NCBI GenBank assembly: GCA_964016885.1 | Contig: OZ024741.1 | Location: 282,410,001 to 282,474,000 of the forward strand | Reading direction: 5' to 3' | Length of the DNA stretch: 64,000 nt | Source of the DNA: Eledone cirrhosa | Lineage: Eukaryota | Shown: in pieces, positions 39,936 to 55,798 of the stretch | How positions within the stretch are numbered: position 1 is the first letter of the stretch | How the letters are laid out: each line of letters starts with the position of its first letter | Position numbers and translations under genes: made by a program | Notes under the pieces: generated by a model | Databases searched by the model: none | What the model saw: only the letters and a program-made list of their open reading frames with translations | What the model was told of the DNA's origin: nothing

Positions 39936-40925
39936 CACTTCACTAGTGTATGCAACACATGCAGAATATATATATGCGGAGTGTTTTACAAGCTTGCAGA
40001 GCTGCATCCAAATCCTCCCATGGGCCTAGGGAATGTAACAGAAAGCAATTACATACAGATTAACTTCCTGTATACACACTTCTGAAGCCATTGTTGAATA
40101 TCTCAAATTATAAAATATTGAGCAATAATTTCATTTACTCCAGTTGTATGAGAGAAGCTGCACTCGCATGGTATTTAAGATACATGGGTTTGATTTCTTG
40201 TGTGCACATCTGTTCATGTTTTACTGTCTGTAAGGGTAATTTACCCAATTTTCTTAACTATTACCTATAATAATCAACTGTCTTAACAGTTATTCTTTGC
40301 ATTTGGGATGCTTCATTTTCAAATTTCAAACACTCCCAGTGCTTTGATAATTCACAAGGTTTATTTACAACAATCTATGTTCTAGCCCCAAGCTGTATAG
40401 AATAACATCATAATATAGATGGGAAGAAGTATCAGTTATCACTTAGTAAATAGCAATGCACTTGCATGATATTCGGGATATGGGGTTCGATTCCTTGTAG
40501 GCACCTATCTCTACTTTCTTCTGTCTCTAAAGGTAATTTACTCACAACTACTACTTAATTTTCTATAGTGATCAACTACTATTACAATTATTTTTTGCAT
40601 TTGGGACTCACACATTTTCAAACTGACATATTTTCTTAAACAATTGCATTGACAGCAATCTCCTTCCTGATAAAAGCTATTCTACTATTTCTTTTATCAA
40701 CCCCTACCACCACCGCTTTTTTATTTTTCATATAAAAGCAGTAGATTCTATGAATGGAATCCAGCTGTAAAATATCTGCTTCAATCACACATGTTCTAAT
40801 ACATAAGATGCATAAACATTTACCACACCCATTATGCAATCAAAACATATTCATTATGCCTGTACCATGTGTACTTGGAACTGTGCCAAATAAAACGAGG
40901 TAGAATCTATCCAACAAAAGAATAC

Positions 40926-42134
<1,209 letters not shown>

Positions 42135-44370
42135 GCACATTATATATATACATAATACAATTTGAAAAAATTTGACAATTGTTAGAATGATGAAGAAGAT
42201 TTAGTCTTATTTTTAAAGTAATTTTTGCAATTTTTATTATTCATCACATGATTGAGCATTAAAAATAAATTGAAGTGTTACATCAATCATGAAAAAAATA
42301 TTGTAGAGCCATTTAAAATTAACTCAATAAATGAAGGTATGTGCCAAAAGTTAATTGTGTTGATTAAAAATTGATTTCTCACATTGATACAATGCTCACA
42401 AATTAGCAGAGAGAAGAGGGGATGAGGTGTAATTGATTAACTCAATCCACATACATGACTGCAGAAGATTTGAACTAAAAACATTGGGGTGGAATTATGG
42501 GCTGAAAATAAATGAATTGAATATCTTTTCTAAAGCAATGTTGAAACAAATATCTTGTTCAGTTATTCTATTGAAAATTATATTTAACCCTTTCTTTCAT
42601 TACTATATTTCTAATGAAAGACATTACATTTTATCATCATCATCATCATAATCGTTTAACACCTGCCCTTCCTTCTAGCAAGGGTTAGATTGGTCTATAC
42701 AGACCAAGTCTGTACTGAAGCAGGGCAACTGACCTCCCAAACAGTGGGGGGAATTTGTATCTCGCTTATGTACAGTCTCATGTTCTACCGAGTGCACAAG
42801 TGAGGTTGTCAAGTCTTTGACAGAACTAAAGAGTCTTCACAACCCTTTGTTTGGCAAGCTTTCTATGGCAGGATGTCTTTCCTATCACCAACCACTTTAC
42901 AGTGTTCAAATAATTTTGAAAATAATAAAAAAAAATTTGGACTGATTTAGTAACATCACCAGTTTCTAATGACTAAGTATGTGTTGAGAACATTAATAAA
43001 GATTCTTATAAAATTCTAATGAAAAAGTTTTAGGTTAAATATAAACACTTTGGAAATAATAAAAACAATTTGAAAGATTTTAGTAATATTACTAACTTTC
43101 TCATTATCAAGTAGGTGTTTGGAACATAATGTAACAAACATCCTTACATAAAATTATGGTGGAAGGTTCTTAGATAAATATAAATACTTTAAAAAAACAT
43201 TTTTTTTTGTATATACAACAAGGGTGGTTAATTGTGAAATCTAAACAAGATATTTTTTATCTTCGAATATTGAAATTGGTACAGTTATGCCACTTGGATA
43301 CAGGTAATATTTCACAATGAATGTTTGTTTATGAACACTTTTGTCTTTGGACGTTCCATAATCCATTAGATTGCTGTAATATTTTTGGAGAATTTTCCTT
43401 TGTAGATGCATATGTAAAAGCTTTAAGTTTGTCTTATGCCTAGAAGTGCATCAAGTCTGTTTTTCACAGTGTTGTTGGCATTAAGTGACTGAAAGTACAA
43501 GAATCCCTCCTGAACAAGATGCTAGTCCACTACAGAGTTAACACCCAGCTACTGCTGGTACTCATTTTTCAGCAAAGTAAAATGGAACAACATGAAATGA
43601 AGTGTTTTGCTCAAGAACACAATGTGCCACCTGGTCCAAGAATTGAACTCACAACATGAACATAAGTCCAACACCCTAACCACTAAGCCTCAAGCCTTGA
43701 CATAGTGTATATAAGGCAGCCTAAAAAATGGCAACTCCTCTGTCAGCTATCCTTGAGGGAAGACGTCAGCCCAGTACTGAATATTAAAACACTTATATTG
43801 CATCAACTAGACAGATGAATGGATGGACAGGTGCAAAAACAGATAGACAGACAGACAGATAGATATTCATGGGAAATAGACATAAAGGGATTGCAATACA
43901 TATATATTTATATGTATAGTAAAAGGTTTAAAGAAAAACTGCCCTTAATAAACAATTAAGTTGGTACTTCTACTGATCAAGATGTGCCACCTAACGTGTA
44001 TGTATGTACGTAAGTATATAATACACACATGTATGTGCATATGTATATATGTACAAATAGTAATATACAAAGATTTCTCCTGTCTTTTTTTCTCTCTATC
44101 CATTCTTCTATAAACAAAAATGAGATTTAACATATGAAAATAATCCAAGTAACATAGATATGTTAACAGGGTTACATATCTAAATTGAATTATCCTAGTT
44201 TTCTTACTTATCCTTGTTACATTAGAGATGTTCAGATTCATTTCTGATTTTTTTAGCATGAAAAATAAACACTGAAACTTCACACATCAATCTTACTACA
44301 ACTTCGACATCCCATTTCCCACTTCCCAAAATAACAACAGCAATAATAATAATAATAATAATAATAATAA

Positions 44371-47300
44371 TTTATTTTCGTCTACAACATGATGGTGCCA
44401 TGCTAAAATCATCGGTGGTTATGTAACCATGCATTCACCAATCCTCGATATGAGTGTTTAAATGTCGAACCTAAACAGTTCGAATAATGGTGAAAAGGAG
44501 GCTGGAACATCATGTGAAAGACTCTCACCCAGCAAGTTCTCCTTGGCCCAGCAGCAGGGACCTGGCTGTCATCCAAATACTGCTGGTGTTGGAGGAAGAA
44601 GAAGGAATGGGACAAGAACCAACTGGACGAAAGAATTGAATAGAACTGTCATGAAATGTTACCTGAAGAGTAACTCCATAGGAAACAGATGCATAACATC
44701 TGGAATGATATTGGTCTATTTAAATTAGATGAACAAAAATTGGCTGGACAGGCTCGGGTAATAAGAACTAATGGATGGATAAGTGAGTTGGAACTGGAGG
44801 AACTGAGCAGAGAGATTAAGTTGGAAATGGAGAGTGGAGTATATCAGGCAAACGAGCCAGTGGGAAATGAAGGTGAAGATGTTGAGAGACCTGAGGAAGC
44901 ATCCGGAGCAGACAATGATCTGAATGCTGAAATAAATAATATCTGGAACAAAGATACGGCCATTGAGGAAATGAATGCTGACGGGCTAGGGCAAGATTTG
45001 GTTGATATCCTGAACTTAGTGGTAGATGAAATGAACAATGATAGTGGAATACCTATGAACCTAAAATTTGTAGACAGGAAAAAGTTAAAAGAAACAACAG
45101 CTGAGGTAAAGAAAGTCATCCCATACCTTGAGGCAAGGAACCTTCACCAATGCAACAATATCCTCAAAGCAGCCGCAAATGTGGTGAGGAAATTACTTGG
45201 CATAAAAACGAGAGGAAACAACAAACAAGAAAGATCAGAACCTTGGTGGAAGAAATGACTGAATGGTCAAATCAAGGAAATGAGAAAAGACATTGGAAAA
45301 CTTGAGTCTTTACTGAATGGGACATTACAAAACATAGACACTAAAGATAGATTGAAAATAAAATACAAAACTAGGGGGAAAGAGCTAAATATTATCATAG
45401 AGGAACTGAAGTAATGCATTGTAGCAAAAAGTGCAAAGATTAGGCAGTATGAGAACAGAGTTGGTCAGTATAGACAGAACCGCATGTTTGACAACAACCA
45501 GAAGATGTTGTTTGGACAGCTTGAAGGGAAAGAAAGAGGCAATGATGTGATCCCTGAGGCGGAACAGACTGAGACATTCTGGAGAGGAATACGGGAGCAG
45601 GATGTTGAACATAATAGTCAGGCAGTGTAGATTGAGACAATTCAAAAGGAGATTAGTGAACAAGCACACCAACAAACTGATTTGAGTATCACAGTTGAAA
45701 CTCTTAAAGGGCAGGCCAAAAAACTAACCAACTGGAAATCACCAGGCCCAGATGGTGTGCAAGGGTATTGGATTAAAAATATAACATCCCTCCACCCGAA
45801 ACTGACAACCATGTTCAATGACTGCTTGATGTCGAGTAAAGTACCAGAGTGGTTGACAAAATGTACCACAGTTCTGGTAATGAAAGACCGAATCAAGGGT
45901 AATGATGTTACCAACTATAGACCTATCACATGTCTGTCCGTAATGTGGAAACTGTTAACAAGCATTGTGTCTGACGAAATCTACCATCACCTCCACATTA
46001 ACAACTTGTTACCGGATGAACAGAAAGGATGCCGAAAGAAGTCCCGTGGTACAAAAGACCAGTTACTTACTGATAAGATGGTAATGAGGAATTGCAAGAG
46101 GAGGCACACTGGTCTTGACATGGGATGGATAGATTACAAAAAGGCATTCGACATGGTACCTCATTCTTGGATAACCAAAAGCCTAGAGATCTTCAAGGTG
46201 GCAGATAACATCAAACAGTTGTTGAGCAAAAGTATGAAGTCCTGGGAAACAGAGTTAACATCAGGTGGAGAATCCTTGGGAGGCATGAAGATCAAGAGCG
46301 GTATCTTCCAAGGAGATAGTTTGTCCCCTCTGCTGTTTGTCCTGATACCCCTGTCCGTTATATTGCAAAAAGTGAGAGCAGGATACAAGTTGGGAAGAGG
46401 AGAGCTTACTATCAACCACCTCCTCTTCATGGATGATCTTAAACTCTTTGGGAAGAGTGAGAAGGAGTTGGATGTACTTGTTGACACTGTCTGTATTTTC
46501 AGCAATGATATATGTATGGAATTTGGTATTAATAAGTGTGGAGTCCTAGTGATGAAGAGGGGTAAATTGAGCAGAAGCAACGGAATCCAGATACCAACAG
46601 GTGTGATGATAAAGGAAATTAACACTGAAGAGGGATACAAATATCTAGGTGTTCTGGAGGCAGATGACATCAAGAACAAAAAAATAAAGGAATTGATAAG
46701 ATCTGAATACATTCGTAGAGTAAGGAGCGTATTAAAGTCACATGTAAATAGTAGGAATGTCATAAGTGCAGTAAATTCCCGAGCTGTGTCTATTATTAGG
46801 TACAGTGCGGGAATTCTGAAATGGAATGTTGCTGAACAAAAAGAAATGGATAGGAAGACTAGGAAGCTATTGACTATCTACAACATGTTCCACAAGAGGA
46901 GTGATGTCGATAGACTCTACTTAAAGAGATCTGAAGGTGGAAAGGTCTTATCAGCATAGAGGACTGTGTTCAGATGGAGAAAAACAACCTGCACAAATAT
47001 GTGACTGACAGTAGGGAGCCAATGCTCAAAATTGTACTGAAGGAGAAGATAATAGACCAGGGGATGCGCAAGGAGGAAATAACAACAAGGAGGGAGAGCA
47101 ACCTTCATGAAAAATCCCTTCATAGTACCTTCTTTAAGAAAACGAAATTTAGAGATCCACAGACATGGAACTGGTTAAAAAGAGGAGACCTTAAAAAAGC
47201 TACAGAAGGAATGCTAATGGATGCGCAAGAGCAAGCCCTCAGAATGAGGTGGGTGAAACACCATATTGACAAGGAGGTGGCTAGCTCACTGTGTAGGATC

Positions 47301-47945
47301 TGTGGAGAGAGAGAGAGAGAGGAGACTGTGGCTCACATTGTATCCGAGTGTAAACACCTAGCCCAGACTCATTATAAAGGCTGGAGACATGATGTGATAG
47401 GCAGGGTGATCCACTGGCATCTATGCAAAGTAAACAATTTACCACATTCTGAGAAGTGGTATGAGCATAAGCCAGAGTCGGTGATAGAAAACGATCAGGT
47501 GAAGGTGCTATGGGATTTTAGGATACAGACGGACAAGAAATTAGAACACAATAGACCTGACCTGGTGATTTTGGACAAGGAAAAAAGATCGTGCCTGATT
47601 GTAGATGTAGCCTGCCCATTTGACATGAGAATGCAAGAAAAGGAGCGGGAGAAAATTAACCAATACCAGGATTTAAAGTGGGAGTTAAAAAGGATTTGGA
47701 ACTGCCATGAAATCAAGGTCGTCCCGATTGTCATAGGCGCACTAGGTATTATCTCAAAGAGTTTCCAAGGATGGTTAAAGAAAATTAGTCCAGCCTTGCT
47801 TTTTGGAACACTTCAAAAGGCATGGTTGCTGGGAACAGCAAGAACCCTCTGATACGTCCTGAATACCTGAGGCTGAAGGTAGTGGCTTGATATTCATTTC
47901 AACAAACTTTCCAGTTAAATAACATCAATGACAGACTCAAAGAAC
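44371..47945 (+). mobile_element. Near full-length, decayed R4/Dong-clade non-LTR retrotransposon in an (AAT)n tract
   Basis: N-terminal RTNWTKE..VMKCY; RT motifs NWKSPGPDG, DYKKAFDMVPH, GIFQGDSLSPLLF, LFMDDLKLF; CCHC finger CRICG..ETVAHIVSEC; RHD; RLE motifs PDLVILD and DVACP; (AAT)n on both flanks. Confidence 0.93.
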
Positions 47946-47979
<34 letters not shown>

Positions 47980-49161
47980 TTTAATTTAGGAACAAAGCCA
48001 GCAATTTATGAAGAGAAGTTGATTATATCAACTCCAGTACTTAACTGGCACTTTATTTTATTGAGCACAGAAGGATAAAAAAAAGAGAGGCAAAATTGAC
48101 CTCAATAGGATTTTAACTCAGAACATAAATAGCCGGAACAAATACCATGTGGCATTTTGTCAGTTGCTCTAACAATTCTATCAAACTACTGCAGATGATA
48201 ATGATAATAATAATAGTGGTTTCAGATTTAGGTACAAAGCCAACAATTGGGGGGGGGGGGGGGCATTACTGGTACTTTATTTTATTGACTCTGGAAACAT
48301 GAGAAGCTAAATTGACCTCGGCGGGAGGTCAAAATGTAAAAAGCCAGAACAAATACTGCAATGGCAATTTATCTGATGCTCTAGTAATTCTTCCAATCCA
48401 ACACTTTAACAACAACATCAACAATAATTTGCTACAAAATTCTAGATAGATATATGGTGAAAAAACTTATCCAAACAAGTTTATAATACAAGAAACAATT
48501 CTTACATAATTCTTATTAGTTTTTGTTCTTTTCGATTTTTTTATAATCTTTCACAGAATTATAATCAAAGGAATTAGAATGTGGATGGTATTATTTCTTT
48601 CTGATTCTAGGTATATTAATTCTACAAAGATTCTTAATTTGGTATTTCTTATTGAATTTAAGGTTCTACAATAAGAAGAACAGTAAAAAGAGCAAAAACA
48701 AAACAACAAAAGAGATACAAAAACAACTATTATTTCTTATACACAAGACAAATATTGGTGAAGGAAAAAAACAAAACAATTAATTTAACAAAAGTTCAAT
48801 AGAAATATTTTCTTTCATTAATTTATTGATAACTAGATTCTGTATTTCTTGTAATATAACTAAAGACACTTTAGAGACAGACATATTTCTCTTAATGACA
48901 AATATGTGATATGTAGAACAATACATGTAGAGATTTTAATACATAACTTATGAAATTTTCATTCACAATGTATAGTATATATCATTTGTGCTAGTCACAA
49001 GTTAAGCTAAAGAATTAACTCTTTCATATACATAGCTGATATAACACACACACACACACACACACACAAATAATGTATCAAGTTCATTTGCTTAGAATAT
49101 TACTTATTTTCATAGAATTTTGAAAAAGCATTAACTCCAAGTGTGTATGTTTGTGTGTTGT

Positions 49162-49250
49162 TATTACAGGAATTTTTTGCCTGATGGCTAAGCTTAAACC
49201 ATTTTGATAATCGTTTGAGCTTAGCTGTCAGGCAAAGAATCCCTATAATA
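49162..49250. other. 38-bp imperfect hairpin with pre-miRNA-like geometry
   Basis: 49162-49199 pairs with 49213-49250; 13-nt loop; 4 G-U and 2 A-C on the + strand. Confidence 0.6.
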
Positions 49251-49447
49251 TTGATAATGTACTTTTTTTTAAGTATAGAGTTTAAAATGACAAACTGAGA
49301 TCAAATCAATTGGTTCATTCACAGGTGACATATTTTTATAACTAAACAAAAGATTTGATCATCCCACTGGTGTCACCACAACTCAGTAATTTAAATTTAC
49401 TTTTCATCATTGTCGATATAAGATGAAAGGGCAGCACTAATATTCAC

Positions 49448-49507
49448 CTTACTTGATGTAAACCCAATTTCGGAACAAGGTCAGCCTTTGGGTTTACATC
49501 AAGTAAG
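49448..49507. other. Perfect 20-bp hairpin with a 20-nt loop
   Basis: cttacttgatgtaaacccaa / ttgggtttacatcaagtaag. Confidence 0.7.
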
Positions 49508-50169
49508 ATTGTGAAATAAACAAAAATATGTAATAATAAAAGTGGGGAATGGGAAGACCACCTAAGATAATTTGGGATAGAGTGAGCATAGTCAATGTAG
49601 ACCTATTCAACCATGTCAATCTCACCACTTTTACTCACCTTTTATTAAACTCTTGAAGGCAGCAGCCACCTCACTACCTTCATTTACCTTTTCAAGTACC
49701 ACTTGAAGAAGCTGATGAGAACTTAACCAGAGAGGAACATCCCTGTCTTCAAACCTATTAAATACATCAACCACACAACTTTCACTACAGTCACCAAGTA
49801 GGTCAGTTAAACATATTAAATGTGTCTACCACTACAGTCACAAAGTAGAGGAAAATGAATCAAACCTTTTAAGTGCAGCTACCACATAACTTTCACTAGA
49901 GTCACCAAGTAGAAGATCAGTGATCCTTCTCTAATAAAGGAAGAGAGTTGATGTTTGCAGTAGACTTAGTTAATAGCCAGATACATCGCATACATTATAG
50001 TAGCTATTAATCTTGAGCTCAGAAACACCAGGCACAAAATCAGGTCTATTAATGACTTTGCATATGAGAGGCACTTTGGACTTACATCAGAGTTTTCTGT
50101 GGCTTCAATATGAAAATACATAGAACAACTTACAGTTTCTATGTAAGACAAACCAAGATATGGCACAAT

Positions 50170-50775
50170 AAATGCACATGGTACACTCTGTGTAGTGGTT
50201 GGTGATAGGAAAGGCATCCAGCCATGAAAAAAAACTGCCAAACAAAGGGTCAGGAGAATTCTTCAGGTCTATCAAAAACATGACAACTTTCCTAGTGTTG
50301 GTGCTACTGTAAAATGCACTCAATAGAATACAGGATAGTATGTTGGGACCCCAGCCCACCTATAGATCAGAGACTCCACTTGAATACTGACTGGTCTATA
50401 ACAACACATCCAACCCTGATTTGCAGGGAAAGCAGATGTTAAACGATGATGATCCCAACACATCTTTCAGTTTCTCTGTATGTAAGACATAGACCAAGAT
50501 AACACTTTGTAAAGTGGTTGATGTTAGGAATGGCATCCAGCTGTAGAAAACTTGCTAGACAAAGAGTCAGTAGAACTTGTCAGCAGTGTCAAAGACGTGA
50601 CAACCTCCTAAGTGTTGGTGCCATGATAAAATGCACTCGGTAGAGTGCATGATTGTATATAGTGGCCCTGAACTACCTTGAGGTTTGGGGCTTCACTTGA
50701 GTATTGACCAGTTAGTGAAAACACATTCAACCCTTGCTAACAGGGAAAAGATATATTAAATGATAATGATGATGA
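50170..50775 (+). mobile_element. Two tandem RTE-tail-related short elements
   Basis: Each has gtggttg.tg.tagga..ggcatccagc and ends ttaaa.gat.atgat. Confidence 0.6.
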
Positions 50776-51325
50776 CTTCAACAGATCTTTTAGTTTCTGT
50801 ATGTAACACAGACTAAGATATACCAGAAGATATTTTAGTTTCTCTGTATGTAACACATAAACCAAGTTGAAAGAACAATCAAGAAAAAGCAAAATTTTAT
50901 TTTATAATAAACTAAAATAATATATAATTTGCACTAACTCCATTGAAAGAAGAAAAAAAGAAATAGGAACATCAACATTTTTAACTGCAAGGTTAATTTA
51001 TCTGATGGATATTATGGAAATAAATTACTCTTTTTTTTTAAAGAGAGAGGGGTAGAGGGAGAGATATAGGAGACAGGAGAGAGAGAAAGAGAGAGGAGAA
51101 GGGGGGTAGAGATAGTAAACAAGATAGTGCTGCATTGATGTAATAAATAATAAGAATAACAACAAATAACAACTAAATAATTATAAGATCAGGGCATAAG
51201 AGGTAGTCTAATTTCCTTGATGTAATCGAAATCTCACAATTATTGTTGTGGCTTCAAGGAATAAAATATTTTATGATTTGGTGTGAAAGAAACTTTGCAA
51301 AAAAATTAAGATTGGATAGAAGACA

Positions 51326-51600
51326 TCTATATATCTAAAACAGAGAATGTCTGTCTGTCTATCTGTCTGACTCCCTAAAACTCGAGAACCACCCAACCAA
51401 TTGTTTTCAAACTTTACACATATAATACTTATGGTTGTGTGAGTGTTTTGAGCAAATATTTCAAATTTTCAATGTCCTAGGGACGGCATTAGGCGATTTA
51501 GCGATCTCTCTCTGCCTTTTTAGTCAGTCTTTTTAGATAGATACATAGCTACAACGTTGCGCCCTTATAATATCTGTCTGTATGTCTGGCTGTCTGCATT
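51326..51600 (+). mobile_element. Helitron 5' end; 3' end not located
   Basis: A|TCTATATATCTAAAACAGAGAATGTCTGTCTG is a typical Helitron 5' terminus. Confidence 0.55.
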
Positions 51601-52499
51601 ACGACATTATTACACTATCTGTGAGTGTATGTGTGTTTATATGTATATATAGTGTGTGTATATACATATATAAGTGTGTAACGTTTTTTTTGAAATATTT
51701 ACTTGTGTTCACAGATTGATTTTTTTAGTATCAGAAGATTGCGTTAAAGGTGAAAGCAGCGATTCTTTGCTTAAACTTTAATCTAACATTGTGTACAAGG
51801 GGGTGCTACAATCATTTTTTAGGTAGACGAGTCAGAAGGAGATATACACGATTGGCTGAAGAAGGACGAGACTGTGTTAGTAGTACGACCAACGGATGCT
51901 ATCACACCAACAGCAGCAAAAACAACAACAAAAATGAGGGGGAATGCAATTACATGCTTTTGAAAAATATATATGTATATATACATCTAAGCTAAAGAGA
52001 AAGAAAAATATGTATGTACACATGCATACCAGTTATACCATAATTCACTTTAGCAGTTCTATATTACTCAGAATATATAGAAAATAAATATTTCAAACAG
52101 TAATTTTCTAATCTAAGACTTAGGAAATACATATTCAAGAAGTGAATGCTATATTAATTAATTTATAATTAATTCATTTAAAATCTATATATATAAATAT
52201 TTATGCATTAACCTTTTGATATCAACACGCCCAAAATCACTTCTGGTTCTACAAGACAATGCCTCCCATTTGAAAAGGTTCCTATTTGAATTAAAATCTT
52301 TCACCCTAATTCAATATAAGAATCGTATGTAAAGTTATATTACAAATACCATTTAAATGATGAAATAATAATTTTAGTAAATTCCTCAAAATCCCTCATT
52401 AATTGAAATAGAGTGTATTTCGTTAGCAATATGACCAAAAAAGGGTGAGGTCATTTATTCAGTACTGAGCACTAGAGATTATAATAGAGATTGAAGTAG

Positions 52500-52975
52500 T
52501 AAAGAATAGCATTAAAGCTCTCAAAGAGTTGGAGAATAGAAACACCTAATAAAATTTAGTCTTAGACAATAAAGATCAACAGTGTCACTGAATCTGAAAA
52601 GAAAGGTGTTTGCTGCATGGGAACAAGACATGGGTGATGAACATAAGAGTAGCAGAGAAAGCTGGAAAGAATGGAAATAAGAATGGTCCAGTGGACTATC
52701 ACTAAGAGAAGACAAACAATGAATTGCAGAGGATGATAGAAACAAAGTCAATGATGAATGTTGTGATATGAAATTAAATAAGATGGATGGGTCATGTGTT
52801 AAGGAAACATGAAAGTGAGTGTGTGGGAGGAGTAAAGGAAATGAATATGGAAGGAAATACAAAAAGGAGGAAGGCCAAGAAAGACATGACTGAAGATGAT
52901 AGAGGGGAAATGAAAGTTAAGGGGCTGGTGATGGGGGATGCAGAGGATATGGAAGGATGGACAATCTTGTCATAA
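52500..52975 (+). pseudogene. Old RTE C-terminal remnant
   Basis: RWMGHVLRK...MNMEGNTKRRKAKK resembles the RTE WxGHVxR...GxRxxGRPK segment. Confidence 0.55.
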
Positions 52976-55315
52976 GAGTTTAGCATAGAAATTGGTCTTA
53001 AAATAATTGTTATGTTGTTTGTATGGAATAAAAACAACACACAGCAAACTCAACTCCATGTCCACAAAACATTTCCAATTTCTGTCTGCAGCCATTCAGT
53101 TTTATTAATTTTTCTAATGCTTATGAGAAAAGCATGAACATCATATAATCTCATTGCCAATTCCCTATATCTTTAAGATTGCATTAAAGTAAGAAATCAG
53201 TGATTGCTGATAAATATTTAAATAAATTTATATTCAACAAAATTGAGTATTAACCCTTTTGATACTAAACCACCTGAAACCACAACTGGTTTACAATACT
53301 ATTTTAAAGTATTTATATTTATCTTCCACTATTAAACTTCCTTCATTTTTATATAAGAATCTTAAGTTATGTTCCACACACCAGATTAATAATGAGATAT
53401 ATTTCTAAATCCAAATCATTCAGTATTTTCAAAATGATTTGAAAATTATTGACAGTGATTTTCATTTGAAATATGGAAATGAAAGGGTTAATAGCATACA
53501 GAATTATCACAGTAACTGATAATAATGATGATGATGATGATGATAGACTTAAAAATTATGATAACATTAATGACTGTGCTTATGTGGATGGTGACAAAGA
53601 TGATGATTTACAAACAGACAACAAAAGTCACAGATAATCCTCAATGAAAGTGATTTTGAAGAAAAAAAGTTAATTGTTTGACATAAAAGATCAAGAGTTG
53701 AGTCAGCTTTGATTCATCGATAACATATTCTGAATAGTTCTTCCTTTTCTTAGAATAAAGCATTGTATGATGATTAGATAGCATTCAGTAATTAACTGAA
53801 CTGAAATACTTCTAATTTACCTTATTCATATCAATTAATATTTATGTTCATTATTGAGGTAAATACCTCAAAATGGAATGGAAGGAGCCTCTGTCAGTTT
53901 CAACAATGATGAGTGTTACAGTTGTTCGAACAGCAGAACAGCCTGCTCATGAAATTAAATTACAAGTGACTGAACATCTCAAAGACATGTGTACTCTTAA
54001 CATCCTTCTCAGGTTGATTCAGCATGAGACAGAGTGTGACATGGCTGGCTCTTTGAATTACAAGTACAGTCAATCCAACAGTCTTCCACAGAGTTTTCAT
54101 TTACCCAACTTCACACACAAAGCTTGGGCCAACCCAATGCTAAGGAAAATAATGCTTGCCCTAGATGCAGTGAAATCAAACTCAGCACCTTATGGTTGTA
54201 AAGAAAACTTATTAACCATTTGACCATGCTGTGCCAACACCTCCGAATAAAGTAGAGCAAAAAAGAGAGAAGCCTGCTCCTAATTCGACAACTCCATAAT
54301 TCAAGTTATAATTCTGTTTGTACATTACCGTGAAGTAAATTGAAAAGTATAAGAGAAAAAGCAAAGAGAACAGTTTGATTGAACAGTTGCTTGATGGAGT
54401 CCCAGAGGGGAAAAACATTTTCTTTAAGTGTAATTTGATGCTAAGCATTATAAAAGATTAAAATGTGTTTTTGTTTTTTTAATAACCAGTTTTGTATTTG
54501 AAATTTATAAAGTTTAACACATGCTTGCTTTCTATTTGAAATTGAAACTTCATAAGTACAAATAAAAAGATGCCAAAACTAATTTATATTTTATCATTGG
54601 TTATATTAGAGTTTTTATATATATAATATTGAAATCCTACATCAGTTTCCTTGCATCACATGCATAGAAAGATTTCAATAAAAATTTTACTTGTTTATTT
54701 TTAATAGAGCAATAACATTTTACTTCTACATTCTATATATATATCATCATCATCTACATCTCTTTTCCATGGTTAGTTGGGTTGTCACATTCTGAGGCCA
54801 GACAGGTCAGACGACTGTCTTGTTCATTCATTCTATTTTGGCATGGTTTCTATGGCTGAATGCCAACCACTAGGTTCATGTTCCTGTGGAACCACCACCA
54901 TCACCTGACAAGGTAGACTGGGTGCATATTTACATGGTACTTTCATTATCACTGTACACCATCAGTTTTACGTCCATTTTTCTGGGCTAGCATGGGTTGA
55001 ATGAGACTGTTTGAGGCAAAATTTCATGCCCGTCCAGTTGCCATCCCTCATTTGTCTAACCACTGAGCCATAGAATATAAACAAAAACACTACTATTGCT
55101 AATGACATCAAATGATAAAAGTAAACAGAAGACAGACAGATGAGGAAACATATACATACACATGTATGATAGATGTCATACAGTTTGTCTAAAAAACTCA
55201 CTTATAAGTCATTGGTAGTCCTGAGGCAATAGTAGAAGACAACTACTCATGGTGGGTTAGAGCCTATATCCATGTGGTTGTGAAGTGAATCTAAGCACAC
55301 AACCATGCCACCACC

Positions 55316-55388
<73 letters not shown>

Positions 55389-55798
55389 TATACATGTATA
55401 TATATACACATATGGTGGCTGCCAACTCGTTTTCGAGTACGGCCACTATTATCCATGTAGGAGAACCCCTACCGATGCGTTGAACAAGTGTGACTTTTTA
55501 GTCCAGCCAGCGACTTGAAAACTCTGGTACAAACACTACACTTGTGACAATTATTGACACATAGTGCTGGGCCCATGGTACCATGTGACGACAAGTGCAG
55601 AGAGATCTCCAGATATAAAGCAATGCCTGTGCGGCACCTTCAAAATTTGCAAAACATTCTTGCGATTCAAGGGATGACAATTTCTTTTCTTTTACAACCT
55701 TGCCACCAGGAAGGTGGCCGGTCAAAAAAAATATACTCAAAATTAAGAGAAAGAGAAAACATACATACATGCACACACATATACATATTATCTTTCTA

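Noticed and set aside
40440-40510. tRNA gene (ggttcgattcc B box)
   Set aside because: No cloverleaf; a diverged duplicate at about 40160-40330 points to a SINE
49712-49745. CTGATGAG motif as a hammerhead
   Set aside because: No stem II or GAAA at the required position
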